Origin: Malacoraja senta
Taxonomy: Eukaryota
Direction of reading: 5' to 3'
DNA length: 64,000 nucleotides
Assembly (NCBI GenBank): GCA_038087875.1
Contig: CM075991.1
Span: forward strand, 14,014,001-14,078,000
Positions within the stretch are counted from its first letter, which is position 1. Each line of letters starts with the position of its first letter. Shown here piece after piece: positions 61,738 through 64,000 of this stretch. The notes beneath the pieces were generated by a model. That model was not told the origin of the DNA, searched no databases, and saw only the letters and a program-made list of their open reading frames with translations. The translations under genes and the position numbers were made by a program.

Positions 61738-62587
61738 CCTCACCTTTCACCCCACCAGCCGTCACATACAACAAGTGATCCTCCGTCAGTTTCGCCACCT
61801 CCAACGTGACCCCACCACTCGCCACATCTTCCCATCTCCCCCCATGTCTGCCTTCCGCAAAGACCGCTCCCTCCGTAACTCCCTTGTCAATTCTTCCCTT
61901 CCCTACCATACCACCCCCTCCCCTGGTACTTTCCCTTGCAACCGCAAGAGATGCAACACTTGTCCCTTCACCTCCCCCCTCGACTCCATTCAAGGACCCA
62001 AGCAGTCGTTCCAGGTGCGACAGAGGTTCACCTGCATCTCCTCCAACCTCATCTATTGCATTCGCTGCTCTAGATGTCAGCTGATCTACATCGGTGAGAC
62101 CAAGCGGAGGCTTGGCGATCGTTTCGCCGAACACCTCCGGTCGGTCCGCAATAACCAACCTGACCTCCCGGTGGCTCAGCACTTCAACTCCCCCTCCCAT
62201 TCCGTATCTGACCTTGCTGTCCTGGGTCCCGTCCATGGCCACAGCGAGCAACAGCATAAATTGGAGGAAATGCACCTCATATTCCGCTTGGGCAGTCTAC
62301 ATCCTGGGGGCTTGAACATTGAATTCTCCCAATTCTGCTAGCCCTTGCTGTCCCCTCCCCTTCATCAGCCCTCTGGTTGTCTCCTCCCCTCCCCCAGCCC
62401 TCGGGCTCCTCCTCCGCCTTTTTCCTTTTTTCCTTTCTTCCCCCCACCCCCTATCAGTCTGAAGAAGGGTTTCGGCCTGAAACGTTGCCTATTTCCTTCG
62501 CTCCATAGATGCTGCTGCACCCGCTGAGTTTCTCCAGCATTTTTGTGTACCTTCGATTTTCCAGCATCTGCAGTTCCTTCTTTAACA
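61738..62587 (+). mobile_element. Penelope-like 3' fragment (GIY-YIG plus HHR-bearing terminal repeat) with a 10-bp TSD
   Basis: ORF 61775-62341 has an intact GIY-YIG (YCIRCSRCQLIYIGETKRRLGDRFAEH); TSD CATAGTCTGT at 61728-37 and 62588-97; near identical to 49345-50135. Confidence 0.92.
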
Positions 62588-62700
62588 CATAGTCTGTTCG
62601 GTGGTTAGTCCAAGGATTGCAAGTTTTGCTCACACCCACATGAGTCTGCAGTATTTGTTATCAGTTACCCCCATACGAGGCAGTATTTCAGTTTTCAGCT

Positions 62701-64000
62701 ACACCTGGGCTGGAATGGAACCAATGTCCTTGGGGGAGTGTTTGCCAGTGCTGTCGGGGAGGATTTAAACTAATGTGGCAGGGGGATGGGAGCATGAGTA
62801 GAGAGACAGAGGGGTGTAAAATTAGGGTAGAAGCAATAGGTAGCAAGGTGAAAAGTAAAAGTGGCAGGCAGACAAATCCAGGGCAAAAATCAAAAAGGGC
62901 CACTTTTCAACATAATTGTATAAGTGGTAAGAGTGTTGTAAAAACCAGCCTGAAGGCTTTGTGTCTCAATGCAAGGAGCATTCGTAATAAGGTGGATGAG
63001 TTGAATGTGCAGATAGCTATTAATGACTATGATATAGTTGGGATCATGGAGACATGGCTCCAGGGTGACCAAGGCTGGGAGCTGAACATCCAGGGATATT
63101 CAATATTCAGGAGGGATAGACAGAAAGGAAACGGAGGTGGGGTAGCGTTGCTAGTTAGAGAGGAGATTAATGCAATAGAAAGGAAGGACATTAGCTTGGA
63201 GGATGTGGAATCCATATGGGTAGAGCTACGAAACACTAAGGGGCAGAAAACGCTAGTGGGTGTTGTGTACAGGCCACCTAACAGTAGTAGTGAAGTTGGG
63301 GATGGCATCAAACAGGAAATTAGAAATGCGTGCAACAAAGGTAAAACAGTTATAATGGGTGACTTCAATCTACATATAGATTGGGTGAATCAAATTGGCA
63401 GGGGTGCTGCGGAAGAGGATTTCTTGGAATGTATGCGGGATAGTTTTCTAAACCAACATGTAGAGGAACCAACGAGAGAGCAGGCTATTCTAGACTGGGT
63501 ATTGAGTAATGAGGAAGGGTTAGTTAGCAGTCTTGTTGTGCGTGGCCCCTTGGGCAAGTGACCATAATATGGTTGAGTTCTTCATTAGGATGGAGAGTGA
63601 CATTGTTAATTCAGAAACAAGGGTTCTGAAATTAAAGAATGGTAACTTTGAGGGTATGAGACGTGAATTGGCCAAGATAGACTGGCAATTGATTCTTAAA
63701 GGGTTGACGGTGGATATGCAATGGAAGGCATTTAAAGACTGCATGGATGAACTACAACAATTGTTCATCCCAGTTTGGCAAAAGAATAAATCAGGGAAGG
63801 TAGTGCATCCGTGGATAACAAGGGAAATCAGGGATAGTATCAAAACAAAAGATGAAGCGTACAAATTAGCCAGAAAAAGCAGCCTACCAGAGGACTGGGA
63901 GAAATTCAGAGTCCAGCAGAGGAGGACAAAGGGCTTAATTAGGAAAGAGATAAATAGATTATGAAAGAAAACTGGCAGGAAACATAAAAACTGACTGTAA
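62701..64000 (+). mobile_element. CR1 LINE: end of ORF1 (SGNH-like C-terminus) and APE domain of ORF2, running off the window
   Basis: HLGWNGTNVLGGVFASAVGEDLN-stop, then LNARS, METW, YRPP, GDFN; frameshift near 63555 before SDHN. Confidence 0.9.

Overview
Eukaryotic, repeat-saturated DNA, almost certainly from a cartilaginous fish (skate/ray-like). This is inferred from the dense HE1/V-SINE, CR1 and Penelope content. There are no prokaryotic features and no identifiable host protein-coding gene, only a few weak exon/promoter candidates (about 9.7-9.9 kb on minus, about 27.8-28.3 kb on plus). Main contents: (1) two full-length DIRS1-like tyrosine-recombinase retrotransposons with resolvable ITR/ICR termini. 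One (37718-42554, minus) is essentially intact apart from four +1 homopolymer indels. The other (13718-21428, plus) has wrecked ORFs but near-perfect termini and carries a CR1 with an intact 981-aa ORF2 inside its recombinase gene. (2) Two Penelope-like elements, plus about 25 dispersed copies of their 3' terminal repeat carrying a minimal hammerhead-ribozyme-like core (CTGAAGA-stem II-GAAACGTC), sometimes in head-to-head palindromes. (3) A decayed L1 flanked by a roughly 250-bp direct duplication, with nested insertions. (4) Many V-SINEs, CR1/Rex-Babar/L2/RTE/RTEX/Tx1 fragments, Harbinger- and hAT/P-like MITEs, micro- and minisatellites, and a 200-N assembly gap. Family names come from motif recognition, not database searches, and the boundaries of decayed repeats are approximate.
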